A stretch of DNA of 62,902 bases, filler included, from Choristocarpus tenellus KU-1152 (Eukaryota > Protista > Phaeophyceae): NCBI GenBank assembly GCA_964200185.2. It is 7 parts of 7 records of this genome, joined end to end, with 100 filler letters (N's around TTAATTAATTAA, not from the genome) between each part and the next. Parts side by side here need not be neighbours in the genome. Positions count along the whole stretch, not along the records: positions 29,548 to 43,748 come from CAXNAD020001255.1; positions 43,849 to 47,242 come from CAXNAD020020328.1; positions 47,343 to 53,014 come from CAXNAD020010061.1; 4 more parts are not named here. One strand, written 5' to 3'. The notes under the pieces were generated by a model that searched no databases, was not told the origin of the DNA, and saw nothing but the letters and a program-made list of their open reading frames with translations. Positions 38,097 through 50,779 of this stretch are shown here, one piece after another. Within the stretch, counting starts at the first letter, position 1; each line of letters begins with the position of its first letter. The translations under genes and the position numbers were made by a program.

Positions 38097-38247
38097 GAGT
38101 TATGTTAATTGTGCACACAACTTTCAAATGTAGGAGTTATGTTAATTGTGCACACAACTTTCAAATGTAGGAGTTATGTTAATTGTGCACACAACTTTCA
38201 AATGTAGGAGTTATGTTAATTGTGCACACAACTTTCAAATGTAGGAG
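38097..38247. repeat. Perfect 37-bp minisatellite, 4 copies
   Basis: GAGTTATGTTAATTGTGCACACAACTTTCAAATGTAG repeated four times head-to-tail with no spacers. Confidence 0.97.
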
Positions 38248-38486
38248 AGTCGCCACCACAATCCTTTAACCCAAACATCCCCCCTTTAAATGTTTACCAG
38301 GATAGGGGGAGCCAGAGCCTGCAACCCCAGCACAACAAAAAAGTGCCACAGAGCACCACAGAGCTCAGGCCCTCCTTTGTGTCCAGTAGGATGAACCTCA
38401 AAACACCAGCGCACTGTCAAACAAAAGTTGACCTGCATCTCTCACTGCATGCCTTATAACCCACAACAGATACAAGGTTACACACC

Positions 38487-41400
38487 CTACAGTCCCAGCT
38501 TGGTACGGCGCCAGTGGCGGCGTTTGGCGTTGTAACTGTCAAAACCAAACAACAGAGGGTGACCATGCATGCACAGGAAGGCAAGGTGAGGAGGGGGAGG
38601 GGAAGGGGGCAGCGAAATAAGGATATACTACTATCAACTTCCTGGGATTGACTGACAACCACCTCAACTATGATCACCGTCATCACACTAACATCAATGG
38701 AATGGACGCTTATCAAATTTCAACACCTCACTGGTACACCCCAGGAAAAGAAAACATATATTTCCTAGTCAAGACAAAACTTGACCTAAACTTCAAAATC
38801 TACTCCGTAGCCACTGGTACAGCATGCATAAACATGTAGGATCAACTCTTCTCATTATGGACAAAATGTGAAGGCGCCCCCAGGCTTTTTCAGCTGTCAC
38901 CAGGATTGTAGAGTCAAGGCAAGAATATGTTCTCGTCTCCCCGCAGAGAATCATAACAGTCCAATCTACCTAAACATATAAGACACCACGAAATACACTC
39001 CCACATACCCCTGCAATCACCTACATGTAGCTTGATACATCAACTACAGCACATCTGATACCTTGCTGTGTCTGATAAAACTATACATACACCAAAAAGG
39101 CGTTTGCGCCAAAAAAAATGAATGCATAGGTCTACAGCAGACCGACGAGATCAACACATGAATCATTGTATCACAAATAGGTACACCTAAAGGGTGTACC
39201 TCTCCTTGACCCCACAGCAAAAACAATTTTCAGATTTTCAACGCTTCATGGCAGAAGGCCTATCCAAAAAATTAGCACTTATGTATCAGTGGCACTTTCC
39301 ATTGATAAGTAAAGGTAAAGAAAATCTAATATTTTTGTCAAGGTTCTCGCATGCTTGATTGATCTCACTCCTTCAGAGCTAGGGATATTACTCATAGCAT
39401 TGACCTCAACACTTCGATTTAGGTAGGTGAAGAGCATCGGGTATCAACTTTCAAAATTGTAAATAAAGACACAAAGTATCTGGGGGGGGGGGGGGGGGGC
39501 TTCCCAAAAATGTCCATTTGGACCAACACCAGGAAAAGTGCACTTTTATTATCCATCCAACGTATGGAACCAAATCACCCAAAAATCGCGACATGAAAAA
39601 TTTAGCTACAAATGGACAGCAACCACCCCCCCCAAGGTACTTTGAGCCAGGGTCAAAAACGGACACCACCACCACCCCCCCCAGATACTTTGACCCAAAT
39701 CAAACGTCGATGTACCAAAAGAATTGACTATCTCTATAGTGCTGAGAGTGGCTTGTAATATAATTCATGCCATAACAAAACTTTCAAGGAGGTATTTTCC
39801 GGCTCTTTCCCACTGACACTAGCCTATGATGACACCATTCCCTTTCCATTTGCAGAAATCATCATACCAACCAACATTATACTGTGCTACAACCCTCAGA
39901 CATGGATATGATTTTACACCTCCACTTCACTTCACCAAAAAAGGTTTTGAAGGTTTCACAAAACATGCATTCTATCCTCAGAAATGTCAAGAAATGCCAA
40001 CTCCTGCCTTGTAAAACAATCCCACAGTCAAAAGAACACACAGTGGGTTTACCACATGAGCAGCAAGGTTAACCATTTCCATTGGCCAAGGTCTAGCATT
40101 AAAATGGCACAAGGCTTGTCAAGCCCCAGATAAAGAGACCTCAAATGATAAAAGCAACCAACCCACTTCACAGACATATCCCTTCCAATGCTGCCTTGTG
40201 TGGTGAGTTATCAAAACATAGCCATCCTATCTGAGCATTAAAAATATCAGTAAAGGATATTTTTATATTTTACACTGATGCGCAACCCAAGAGGGCAACA
40301 TTACAAAAACAAAAACAAAAAATTGATAATTTGGTGCCCTCGAAATATAAATTATCAAATTTATATAGTTATTCGATCCGACCACTATGGAACAAACCAG
40401 TGTGGAGACAGACATGCTGCAAACAGACACGGGACGTGTACGACAGTCACCAATTTTGAGCATGGATAAGAAAGCATCAACAACTGGTGAAGTCGACTCC
40501 CATTGCATGAAACACTATTCCTGTTCTTCAAAAGTTTTCGGGTCCCCTGTAACAACCTGGTGCCCTGCATCCATTCCTGAATTTCTTTTCCTATCAACCT
40601 TGTTAACACAAACCCTCCACAACAACAGAAGGTCAGATCTCTTGTGAAATCATCAACCTTGTGGCATTAAACACTGAGTTGTTTCGATGTGAAATGGAGG
40701 TTTTACGATGCCACCGAGGGTTGCTCAGCATGTTTTACTTCCTGCAGTACACCCAGGCATGGCATCACACTGTTCTTTGCGCCTCCCACTCATAAAAAGT
40801 AAAGTATGCCAAAGAGATTGAACCAGACAACGTAAAGCATACACTACCTTATTAAAACATTATTAACATGGAGCATACTTCCTATGATGGTTTCATCAAA
40901 TGCCTTCCTTCATCGCACATGAAAATATGACAATCAAGCAGAGTCTGGGGCAAAGAAGGGGGGAGCTTCTTATTGGGTCTAAATCCCACATGATACACTC
41001 ACCGGATCCTGTTGTCCGTACGCAGGCGGATCCAGTGGGGTATGGGCCTGTTCTGCTTCATCTTTTTGGCCAGCGTCACCTTAGTGCGGAAGGTCTTGTG
41101 GGAAGGCTGGGTAGGGAGAGCAAAAGGGCATCGTTTAGGGTTAGCAATGTCTTGGTTAAACCACCTCGACTGCGAGTTTAGGGCTGCGTAGAACGCCTCA
41201 TCTTGCTGCTAGGGGCGAGCAGCGAATGCCTTCGTATTGGGGACTCACTACAAAGCAAAAATTAGGCAGAACGTAGTCTGCATTGAGATCAGGAATCCAT
41301 CAAATCTGAATATATTTTCAACCGCGATTACAGTCCAGCTATCTTGGTTTAATTCAAGGGCACGTTCCAACATTAGCGGCTGTGGTCCTTGCTCTACCCC

Positions 41401-41880
41401 CACCCTACTGTTGAAGTCTCAATAAATCATGCTTCAGCTCAGTTGCTTCATCATCAAGGAAACTGCAGGGCTAAGCTGTATGACGCACTACCAGTGAGCG
41501 TCACAGACCTCAGCTAGATTGCAGGAAGGATAAAGTTAGAGGAGAGTTTGGGTGTCGCCTGCCCTCTCGCTTGATGTCACTACATCAAGCCTTCGATTCA
41601 AAGGCTTTTCTATTCTCCAATAGTGCCGACAAACCGAGCGCAATAATATTATCATCTACAAGTGTACTTCGATATAGTGGACACGAACTAAGCTCGCTTT
41701 CAAAGAAATCACGAGTAGTTGCTTGATTGAGGCATTCAGCCATTATCTCGTGTTGTCCCTCCTCGTCCCTCCGTCCTCGCACCAAGAACCCCGTCACCCC
41801 CCCCATTTCAGCAAAAAAGGCCACCCCAATGCGTCCACCCTCCATCACCACGCAACTCCGAAGTTGAGAGGACTCACCAT
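38487..41880 (-). CDS. RPL39: 60S ribosomal protein L39 (eL39), 51 aa
   Basis: Minus-strand exons 41880-41878 (ATG followed by GTGAGT), 41106-41003 ([35 protein letters not shown]) and 38535-38487 ([15 protein letters not shown]). Splice sites are canonical and phases compatible. Confidence 0.97.
39468..39696. mobile_element. MITE family B, long form, inside RPL39 intron 2
   Basis: Full-length match to 13442-13666, including the duplicated right end. Confidence 0.88.
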
Positions 41881-42214
41881 GACTTCGAACAGGCTGGCTC
41901 CGTACTCCTGGAAAACTGAACCTTCACTCACCTCCTCCCCCATCCACAAAAACGAGATGATTGACCGACCGGTACATTGTTTTTAATAACGCCTCCAAAG
42001 TTTTATTTTCCTGCAGCGGTCGGTCGAGTTCACTTCAAAATTCAATTATCTTATTATTATGATGAGTAGCTTTTTTCTACTCGCTATCACTACCATCCCA
42101 CCTATCCATGTGCAATCACTTCAAAATTTACTTGAAGAAGTGAGATAGAGAACCCTACATGTCAGCATAAACCCCCTCTCCTCATCATTATTATGGTCGG
42201 CATACCACATGAAG

Positions 42215-42747
42215 TCAAGGTAATTGAGAGACAAACAGAGTTGCATTTTAAGGATCGTGAGAAAGGGTAAAAAATATGTAATTTTGTATAAATTCCAGAA
42301 AGAGCCTTTTTTACTGAATTGTGTGCTTTGTGTGTGGAAAGGAGAACGTCATTTTTTCGCGCACTAATGTGCACACAAAGCCATGAAAGGGTCAAATCAA
42401 TTGAGAGGTAGGCGGGTTTGGACCCTTCTTCATCCTAAGTTGTCTTTCTCACCCTGTGCAATACACTCTATTTCAATAATGTATGTGCACAACAGTTTTC
42501 GCAAAATCGATATTCCCCTTTACGCACACAACATAACACCACAATTGAATAAATGATCTTTCTGTAATTGTACAAAATCGCGTATTTTTGCCCTTTACTT
42601 TCTCGATATCCTTAAAATGCAACCCTTCCTACCTACCTTTCATTTGGTTTGGATCAAATGAGAGGAGTGTATTGCACAGGGTAAGAACGTTGGATTAGAA
42701 TCCAAAAAGGGTCCCAACCTGCCAAACTATATCAATTGGTTTGGCTC
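42215..42747. mobile_element. Cluster of family C MITE copies/fragments in both orientations upstream of RPL39
   Basis: GGGTCAAATCAATTGAGAGG at 42389 and ATCAATTGGTTTGGCTC ending at 42747; reverse partial copy at 42215-42380. Confidence 0.7.
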
Positions 42748-43748
42748 AGTCTACAGAAAAATTTGACCAAAGAAAAACACTGAAGGTGGGGGTTGCACAT
42801 AGATAGATAGCACAACATAATTGGATGTACTATTGTTACATACTACTTCTCCGAATTGTGTATTTTTGTGTGTATCGAGGATAAGGCAATCCCTAGGTTT
42901 AGACTCTTCCATCAATGTACAATATCAAGTAGGAAGTGATCCCAGTGAACCATTAGGGCGACAAGGAATGCCCGCCTGTTCTTTCTTCTGTCAAAGCAAT
43001 TCTGATACAGTCACTCAAGTCATTTTTCAAACCACCCACCTTCTAGTATTCAAAAGTTCATTGTGGTTTCACCGTTATTTTCTTCGTCAGTTGTGAGGAA
43101 TTCTGAGGAGTACAGAAGGAAAAACAATTATAGTTTTGTTATAGAGGCATCATTCTTTAAGGGGTGTACATGAGGAGATGAGGAGAGTTCAATGTCTCGC
43201 TTCATTCCTGTCTATATAATACCCCCTGCATTTAGCCACATTTCTTTTGTTTTCCATCCACTCATGTTCTTGTGTTGTCTTTGAACACAGGTCCGAGTAT
43301 GTTCTATCTTTGGTTATTTTCTTCGTGACAACATGTTAACATCGAATAATATGCCAAATGTTTCGACCATAATTTTTGGAATTTATGTTGAACTACAGAT
43401 GTGCGCCAATATATAAAATAAATGTGTCAACAGGTGGAGTGATGGTCTCTGGGCGTGTGTATTCCCAGCTGACACTTGAGTCGCTCTTCTTCTTCACTTC
43501 ACAGCCTTACGCAAAAGAGAACTATTCCAATAGAGTCTTTGCTTTATGTGGTATGGATGTATTTATTAGCGAAGTAAGCACAGCCCTCGGTGGGGGGAGT
43601 GCTCTACCTCACATTATTTTCTATTGCGCACGTCAGCAGACACGTCAAAAATGTATCTGATTCAGTCGCACTACGTCAGCCACTTATATTAAACAAAATA
43701 AGAAATCAGGCTCAAAGTATCTGAGAGGGGGTGGCAGCTGTCCACTTG

Positions 43749-43848
43749 NNNNNNNNNNNNNNNNNNNNNNNNNNNNNNNNNNNNNNNNNNNNTTAATTAA
43801 TTAANNNNNNNNNNNNNNNNNNNNNNNNNNNNNNNNNNNNNNNNNNNN
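43749..43848. other. Artificial contig linker
   Basis: Same structure. Confidence 0.98.
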
Positions 43849-44380
43849 TTTTTTGAGGTGTGGGGGGTTGGGGGCGTAGGATGACTCTCTTGCATGTAGA
43901 AAATATGGGTGTGGGATGGTAGATGATTAGTTGCATGAAAGATAGATACCTCTGCTTATTTTTGTAATACATATGGTGTAAGATTCCTGTTCTGTTGCCG
44001 AGAGTACTCTTGATGACCGATTGCAAAATGCCTGTTGTTATTTTAGGAAAATAGAGGGTTTACCTCCATTTGTCGGTTCTGCTCCGTGATTTCTTTTTTT
44101 GCTCTGTTTCTACCCTACTTGCTTACCCTGTTGTTGCTTTGTCTCTTTTTTGTCAGAATTTATCTATACCTTTTCTGTGTGTGTGTGTGTGTTTCCTGCT
44201 CAGCGATTTTTGTAGTCTATTTCCGATAGGTCTTTTCTTTGGTACGTTTTGTTATTTTTTTTTTTTTCTAATTGTTACTGTGTCTCCCCTAACCCTAAAT
44301 GTTTCTACACTTGTGTTGTTGTTTTTTCTGTGGGAGCAGCAAGGAACTGTTGAGTACGAGGGTTGCAGAGGTGAGATGGA

Positions 44381-44497
44381 AAATAATATGTAATAGATAT
44401 ATTTATTAATAATAATAATATGTAATAGATACATTTATTAATAATAATAATATGGAAAATATTTAATAGATACATTTATTAATAGTAATAATATGGA
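44381..44497. repeat. AT-rich degenerate tandem repeat (~33-bp unit, ~3 copies)
   Basis: TAATAGATAYATTTATTAATARTAATAATATG repeated three times. Confidence 0.8.
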
Positions 44498-44975
44498 ACA
44501 AATGCGTGCGTAAAAAAAATGTATTTTATGTTTTATGTTCTGTGCTTGCTGTTTTTTGTGTTTGAGTTGATTACCTAGCCTTTTTTTTTTTTTAACATGT
44601 ATCTTTTTTGTTTAGGGTTTTGGTTTTCACGAGATGAGAGGTGTGGTAGTTTGTGTGAGTGATGAGTGATGCTCTTTAGTGTTGTGGATGGAATGTTTTG
44701 GTCTTGTGGAATGGAATTGAATTGAAAAAAAAGGATTGTTTCCGATTCAATGTTGAACACATGCACAGTGTGCACACACACGTGTGGGGAATATTAACTC
44801 TTTTTTATACCTTGATTTTTGATGCGGTTAATATTTGTACTGACTAGTGTGGTGGTTGTTCTTGATGAGGAGTTAGGGTTTGCGTGGAGGGTTAGTTCCG
44901 ACACAGGTTGGAGAAAAGTTAGGGTTAGGGTTGTATTTAATGGAAAATAATAGTTGGTCTATTATCACTACAACT

Positions 44976-45142
44976 GGCTCAAAGTACCTGGGGGGGGGGG
45001 GATCTACACTGGGGTGTCCATTTGGACCATGGCCAGGAAGGATACACTTACATTATCTGTCTGACGCATGCAACCAAGTCACCCAAAAATCGCGATATGG
45101 AAAAATGAACCCCAACTGGTCACCTGTCACACCCCCCCCCCT
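44976..45142. mobile_element. MITE family B, right end truncated
   Basis: GGCTCAAAGTACCTG-G tract-CTACAC...GTCCATTTGG. Further family B fragments lie at 1-42, 29427-29447, 29570-29597, 43709-43748 and 53115-53158. Confidence 0.75.
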
Positions 45143-45533
45143 ACTGCATAGTGGTAATGCCATCCTCCTGCACTACCGTAACCAAGCCCTTAGGATGTGC
45201 TCTAATCATAAACCCGATTGCAGAGCCCACAATGGCGCCACAAGCTTGTGCAACAATAAAGTACTGCTTTTCACAAGCTTAAATGTGTAAAAAAAAAATC
45301 AAAGTGCAATGTGGTTGTGGTTTGGTTTGGTTTGGTTTGATAGTCCTCCTTCCATTCTGTATGCAGGACAGCTTATATTCCCTTCCCACGGTAGAGATTC
45401 TTGTTATACTACATAGTACAATGCCACAGTCAGTTGGTGTCTAACTGCCATGAATACCAGTCACCACTTCGGAGATTCCTCTCACCTTTCCACTTCTTTC
45501 CATCTCCCCCTATCCCTCCCCTCACTTCCACAG

Positions 45534-46463
45534 TCAGTGTGCTCCAGTGTCAACGAGGTCGCTTGCCATGCCATCCCTGACAACAGGCCCCTGTGTGATG
45601 GGGACATTGTCAGCTTCGATGTGTCCGTCTTCTACAAGGCAAGGGGAGAGGGATTGGGATTGAGGGGATTGTGTTCAGATGAACGAATTGTTGTGAAACA
45701 TTCACCCCAACTCTTGATCCATCTTGGAGTGTGCTCCTCACTCTCAAGGACCCTCTTGACCTCTTCATCCTGTTAATCTGAACAAATAACTTCGTACTAT
45801 CAAGTTGAAATGTATACTGTCCTAGAGGGCCACAGATCTGATCCACCAGCATTACAGAATGCTCAACATATTCCTATAGTACTACGTGGCAATAGTAATC
45901 ATCGCGGCAGTTTGCAGCTTCTTATCGCAGACCTCTTTTAGCCCCAAAATGACACGCAGCATACCATACATCATTCCAAAACACAACTTACATTGCAAAG
46001 CAACCCAGAGCACTACAGGTTCCCCCACCACTCTAAAGTGGGTCGAAGAGTTGACCAGCAACTTTGAGGCCTGATACTTCAATTGCACAAGACAATATAT
46101 ATATATATATATATTCGCAAAATAATTTTACAGTCACCAGTGATGCGTTCATTTCGAGACATCACATCTATGTCAATATATTTCAATTAACAACACCAAC
46201 ACACCGCAGCCTTTTCTACAATTGACTTGATACTCTCCTACTGATGGAGGATGTTTGACTCTCTCTATCTATCTATCTATCTATCTACCTACCTCTCTCT
46301 CTCTCTCTTTGTGTTCCTCTCCTTTTGCTGATTTTCGATTCATTCATTTGCCCCCGCTTCGCACCTACCTATCCCGATGCAGGGCTACCATGGTGACAAC
46401 TGCGCCACAGTCGGGGTGGGACAAATCGATGACCGTGCTCAGCGTCTCATCGATGCGACAAAG
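45534..46463 (+). CDS. MAP1: Methionine aminopeptidase type 1 (two internal exons; partial)
   Basis: Exon 45534-45638 ([37 protein letters not shown] donor) joins exon 46383-46463 ([27 protein letters not shown]). The CxSVNE-xxCH, D-V and GYHGD motifs are those of MetAP1. Confidence 0.9.
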
Positions 46464-46674
46464 GTGAGCTCAGTGAACTGGGGTGGTCTGCTCCTTTTTG
46501 TGAAACTTCCTTGTGCGCGCACGCCTCTGCCGTCCTCGAAAACCCTCTGACCGTGCTGCCTCGAGTGTTTGTTTGATTGCAAGTCCCACGCAATAGACTT
46601 TAGTTCTAGTTCTTGGCGTAGTTTTTGAATGGAATTTTGTGCTGATGAGCCTTCTACGTGTTCCGTGTGCGTGC

Positions 46675-46677
<3 letters not shown>

Positions 46678-46716
<39 letters not shown>
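46678..46716. repeat. (GT)n microsatellite
   Basis: Visible dinucleotide run in MetAP intron. Confidence 0.95.
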
Positions 46717-46718
<2 letters not shown>

Positions 46719-46869
46719 TTTTGTATCCTTTTGTATCCTTTTGTGTCATACAGTTATGTAGTGGCTTTTCCAACCCTTTGAGGGGATTAGACAACTGCTA
46801 CTACTGTGTTCTCTCAGGCCCTACATGCCTTTTTGTTCCTGACGCAACAAGTCGTTATTTTGTACCAGC

Positions 46870-46870
46870 G

Positions 46871-46912
<42 letters not shown>
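46870..46912. repeat. (CCTG)n microsatellite
   Basis: About ten CCTG units. Confidence 0.95.
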
Positions 46913-46913
<1 letters not shown>

Positions 46914-47242
46914 TGTCCTCTAATGTTGTCGTAAATGTTTATTATTATTTATAATAGTAATAACAATAATAGCTGTTTTTTGCAGCACACTTAGGTATAA
47001 TTTTTCCATCATAAATACTTGTGTATATGTGTGTTCAAATAACACAAGTGCCTGTGTAGACGTTTATTTTTTTGTTTCTGTTCCATTTTTTTGTATTTTC
47101 TGCACAAAGCAATTTAATTTTTTTTTGCCTTGAATCTAATTTTCAGGCCTCTTTGCGTTGGTCTCTCGCTTAAGAACCGTCAGGGTGTTCTAAAGAACCA
47201 AAACGCTGGTGCTGTACAACGCAACAATAGCCATGACCCCTG

Positions 47243-47342
47243 NNNNNNNNNNNNNNNNNNNNNNNNNNNNNNNNNNNNNNNNNNNNTTAATTAATTAANN
47301 NNNNNNNNNNNNNNNNNNNNNNNNNNNNNNNNNNNNNNNNNN
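47243..47342. other. Artificial contig linker
   Basis: Same structure. Confidence 0.98.
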
Positions 47343-47558
47343 ATGGAACTGACTTATGAATCGTGGGTCGACCACCGAGGTGGAGAGGAAGGGTAAGCGC
47401 GGGGGGGGGGGGGGGTGCGAGTGGGGGTGACGTAGTAGTCCCTAGGAGATACAACCAAAGGTTGACTAACACCCTCAGGAATGCCTTTCTCGTGGCAAGG
47501 TAATTTGGAAATAAAAAGAGGTACACGCAGGGAAGAGGAAAAAGGTTTTGTAACTCAC

Positions 47559-49776
47559 TGACACAGAGAGGTTGCGGACAAAGCGAGCAACGAAAGAGCC
47601 AGCTAACCCAGAGATGAGGCGGGCACCCCAGCCTGGCTTCTTCTGCACTCCGGCCAGCTGAGCCTCTGCCTTTGCAAGCATGGCCTGTAAGCAGGGAGGT
47701 TTTTGCACCCATGTGAAAGAAGTAAGTTTTGATGCCGGCTATGAGCATCCTCGTGGCTCAGTGCTTTAAGGAGATCGTTCCCTGCGTGAATATTTTCACA
47801 GTTTAAACCTCATTGACCAGAGATTTCTTTCACAGGAAACTTGGTTTGAATATCTAAATTCCAGCCCACAAGCACAAATGCACTATACAACTGTAACGTT
47901 CTACGAAGATGAGAAGTCCAGAATAAGATTCAGGTCGAAATACCAAGGCAAGTCTAGGGCAAGATTCAATGGAGGCAGAGTGACAAGGGGGAGGATCACT
48001 GAACCCAACCTTGCGAGAAGCAAGGCATGAACAGACAAATAATAATAATAATTATTATTCATAGTGCAGTATCTACTTGCAGTAGTTGGTAATCGAAGTC
48101 GTATAGTGTGTCATGCCTCTGACCACAAGTCAGTAGAGCCTCCAGCTAAAGTGAACAATACAATACAAAATAATAATAATTAATAATAAAACGTACAGTG
48201 ATGTAGTGGATAGGTTGTGGAAAGTGCTTCTGTTGCACGGAAAAAAAAAAATCCCAAGTCAACCCACCTGATTGAAAATGAACTGATGGGGCTAAGTCCA
48301 AACAACATCCCAACAAAAAAACTAACCAAAGCCAGTCTAAGGGCTTCGTAAGCAAAGGGGATATGCAAGCAAAAAGAGGCATGACAACATGTAAGTTAGA
48401 GCCTCACCTGTATGATCTTCTAACCCAAAGCCAACAGTAAGCAACCAGATCACTCAAAGAACGACATACATTACCTGAATTGATACTGACTGTAAAATCC
48501 AATGCTGTAGTTCAGAGAAATACACGCAAGTTCACCCTGCAGTGGGGTTGATCTATTGATGACCACCAGGAAGGCTGAGGTGATGCTCTCTTAGTACAAG
48601 GGCCCTCCCCCTACATGAGATTGCAATCACTTAGAAGGCACACACTTATGTAGAACAAATAGTTCCACCACCCTTTGATAGCCTAACAGGGAAGCTAGGC
48701 AATGCACCAAGGAATGGAGTGTGTGCAAGATAAGCACCTGTTTCTGAGCAAAGACGGCGGCACGGATGGCTTCTTCAATTCTCTCATCATATATCGCATT
48801 TCCCAGTGGCTCCAGCACCAGGGTTACACCTGCAACACTCAGGGAAGCACGGCCACTGGCAAACGTTTTCCAGGGCACCTGTACCAGCATAAATTTGCAG
48901 TTCCACAATCATTAAGTGTGAAATGCAAAGGAGAAGGAGAGTAATGGGTGGGAAATGAGAAGGAGAGGTCGGAGCTGGTCTGTTGCACACGCAAGGATGT
49001 CACAAAAGCATGTCCCTGATGAGAGGTACAAATCATAGACCCTAATTTTCACCATGTCACAGATGCAATCAAGCAGGTAGAGCATCGCGTAACTCTAAAA
49101 TAGCGTAGTCGTTGACATTCGACACACAATGTGCCAAGTCTATGCCTGTTTCCTTGATAAAGTGTACGACTGAATATGCCACCCTATCGAGTAAGGTGAG
49201 CTATTCTGACTGAAGATAGGACTAGTGATCACCGAGTGCCCAGGAAAGGCTTTCGGTATTCGTGCCCCACCCATTCTTGCCACCATCGACGATTGTGCTC
49301 ACACCATCAAGCTGCGACCATAATCACCTGCAGTCTTATCTTCTCCACTGCACCTTGCCGCAACACTAGCGGGAGTCGCAATTTGCGTGGAGCATCACTT
49401 CGTATATGAAGGTCTTGGAGAAGCAGATCCCCATCCCACAATCCCGCCTACAAGAAAAAGAACCACAAAATAATACAAGGTATGATTCTTTTCATCGTAC
49501 ACATTTGTCAAGCATTTTTCCAGACAATTAGGGAGGTAACTTGCAAATGCTATGGACAGCTGATCGATTCCCAAGGGAAACGGGTGGCACACCTGCCCGT
49601 CTCAAATTCAAGTTCAGTTTACTAAACGTAGCTCAAGTCACACCTGCTCTCCTTGCAAGTATCAACCACGTGAAGGGACTTACCAACAAGTACAGACAAC
49701 AATACCTGACGTTAAACATTACTCGGGATGCGGTTTGCGTAATCATCGTCCCCCTGGGTTCAGATAGCTGCTCCAT
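47559..49776 (-). CDS. VPS13: VPS13-family bridge-like lipid transfer protein, N-terminal Chorein_N domain (3'-truncated by contig end)
   Basis: Minus-strand exons 49447-49328 (AGLWDGDLLLQDLHIR...LPLVLRQGAVEKIRLQ), 48878-48738 (VPWKTF...SVAGVTLVLEP) and 47684-47559 (AMLAKAE...SFVARFVRNLSVS) match the Chorein_N pattern. The first exon(s) are uncertain; candidate ATG at 49776. Confidence 0.8.
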
Positions 49777-50779
49777 CTTCAATTCAAAATTACAACCAAC
49801 AACGCCCGTTTCTCTGTTTCCAATACCTGTAGCTTGTCGTTATCCACGTCATCAACATACTGTGCGAGATGGCCTCCCAACCACTGTGCTAATCTTCTGC
49901 TGGGATTCATGGCGCTGCACCGACGCCCCCCCAGAGGCTCCTACCCCCCACACCAACCAGCAGAAACGGGAACGGGCATTTACGTCAAGGTAGTATTCCT
50001 CCACCTAATGTGCCCTGAGATTCTCGAGAGCTTATACAGCGAAGGAAAGGTACGAGAGTATCCAGAGGCGAAGTCAACGCTCGAGTATGCACTAACACAA
50101 GCGAAGCACTTTTCGCTATATGCCAAAAGTGTAAAGGTTTCCTCTCTCGATTCCAACAATCATCTGAACAGACAGTATTCTACACACTAGTCCTACTCTA
50201 TTTTATTACTGATTATTTGGCTTCAAATTGTTGATCACGCCTCTTTTGTTTTCGTGCTCGATAATTGATATTTCCCTTTGAAACAAAAAATGACATGTAC
50301 GTAGTAGGAGAGTTGTTGGAAGGGACTACGAGTGTAACAGATACCGCCTGAAGACTTTGTCGGCCCGTACTCTGGACCTTGACTAAGTTGATAGCTACTG
50401 TTTCATACTAGAAATACTGACACAGTGACCGAGACTGAAAGGATTGGTTTCGTTTCCTTGTTTATTGAAAACCAGGGGGGGACTTGCGTGGCCAGTCCCT
50501 TCCCAAACTACGTCGATTACTCTCCAGCTGGCTATTAGGTGATGGGAGGGGTCCGTTTTTTTGTGAAAGGAAAATTGAGCCCAAGCTAGACCTCTGAAAC
50601 TTTGAAGCATTCCTGGAAAACATGGGAGGCTTTGTTTTTCACGCCTACCCTTGTTCCTTTCCCCCGCTTTCTGTTTCCATTCCTCTTATCTATAACTACA
50701 ACCAGGTTGCGCAACAGTACTGGTGGAAGGAAAAGGTGTGGTAAAACTGCAATAATAACTTATCGTCAACCGATTTCAA

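Noticed and set aside
38097-38247. CRISPR array (37-bp repeats)
   Set aside because: Units are contiguous with no spacers, there are no cas genes, and the context is eukaryotic.
41908-41931. 24-nt GT-AG micro-intron upstream of the RPL39 ATG
   Set aside because: Far shorter than any other intron here and may lie upstream of the transcription start; no support.
49834-50190. 118-aa ORF between VPS13 and mitoferrin
   Set aside because: No recognisable domain or splice partners; probably promoter/UTR sequence.
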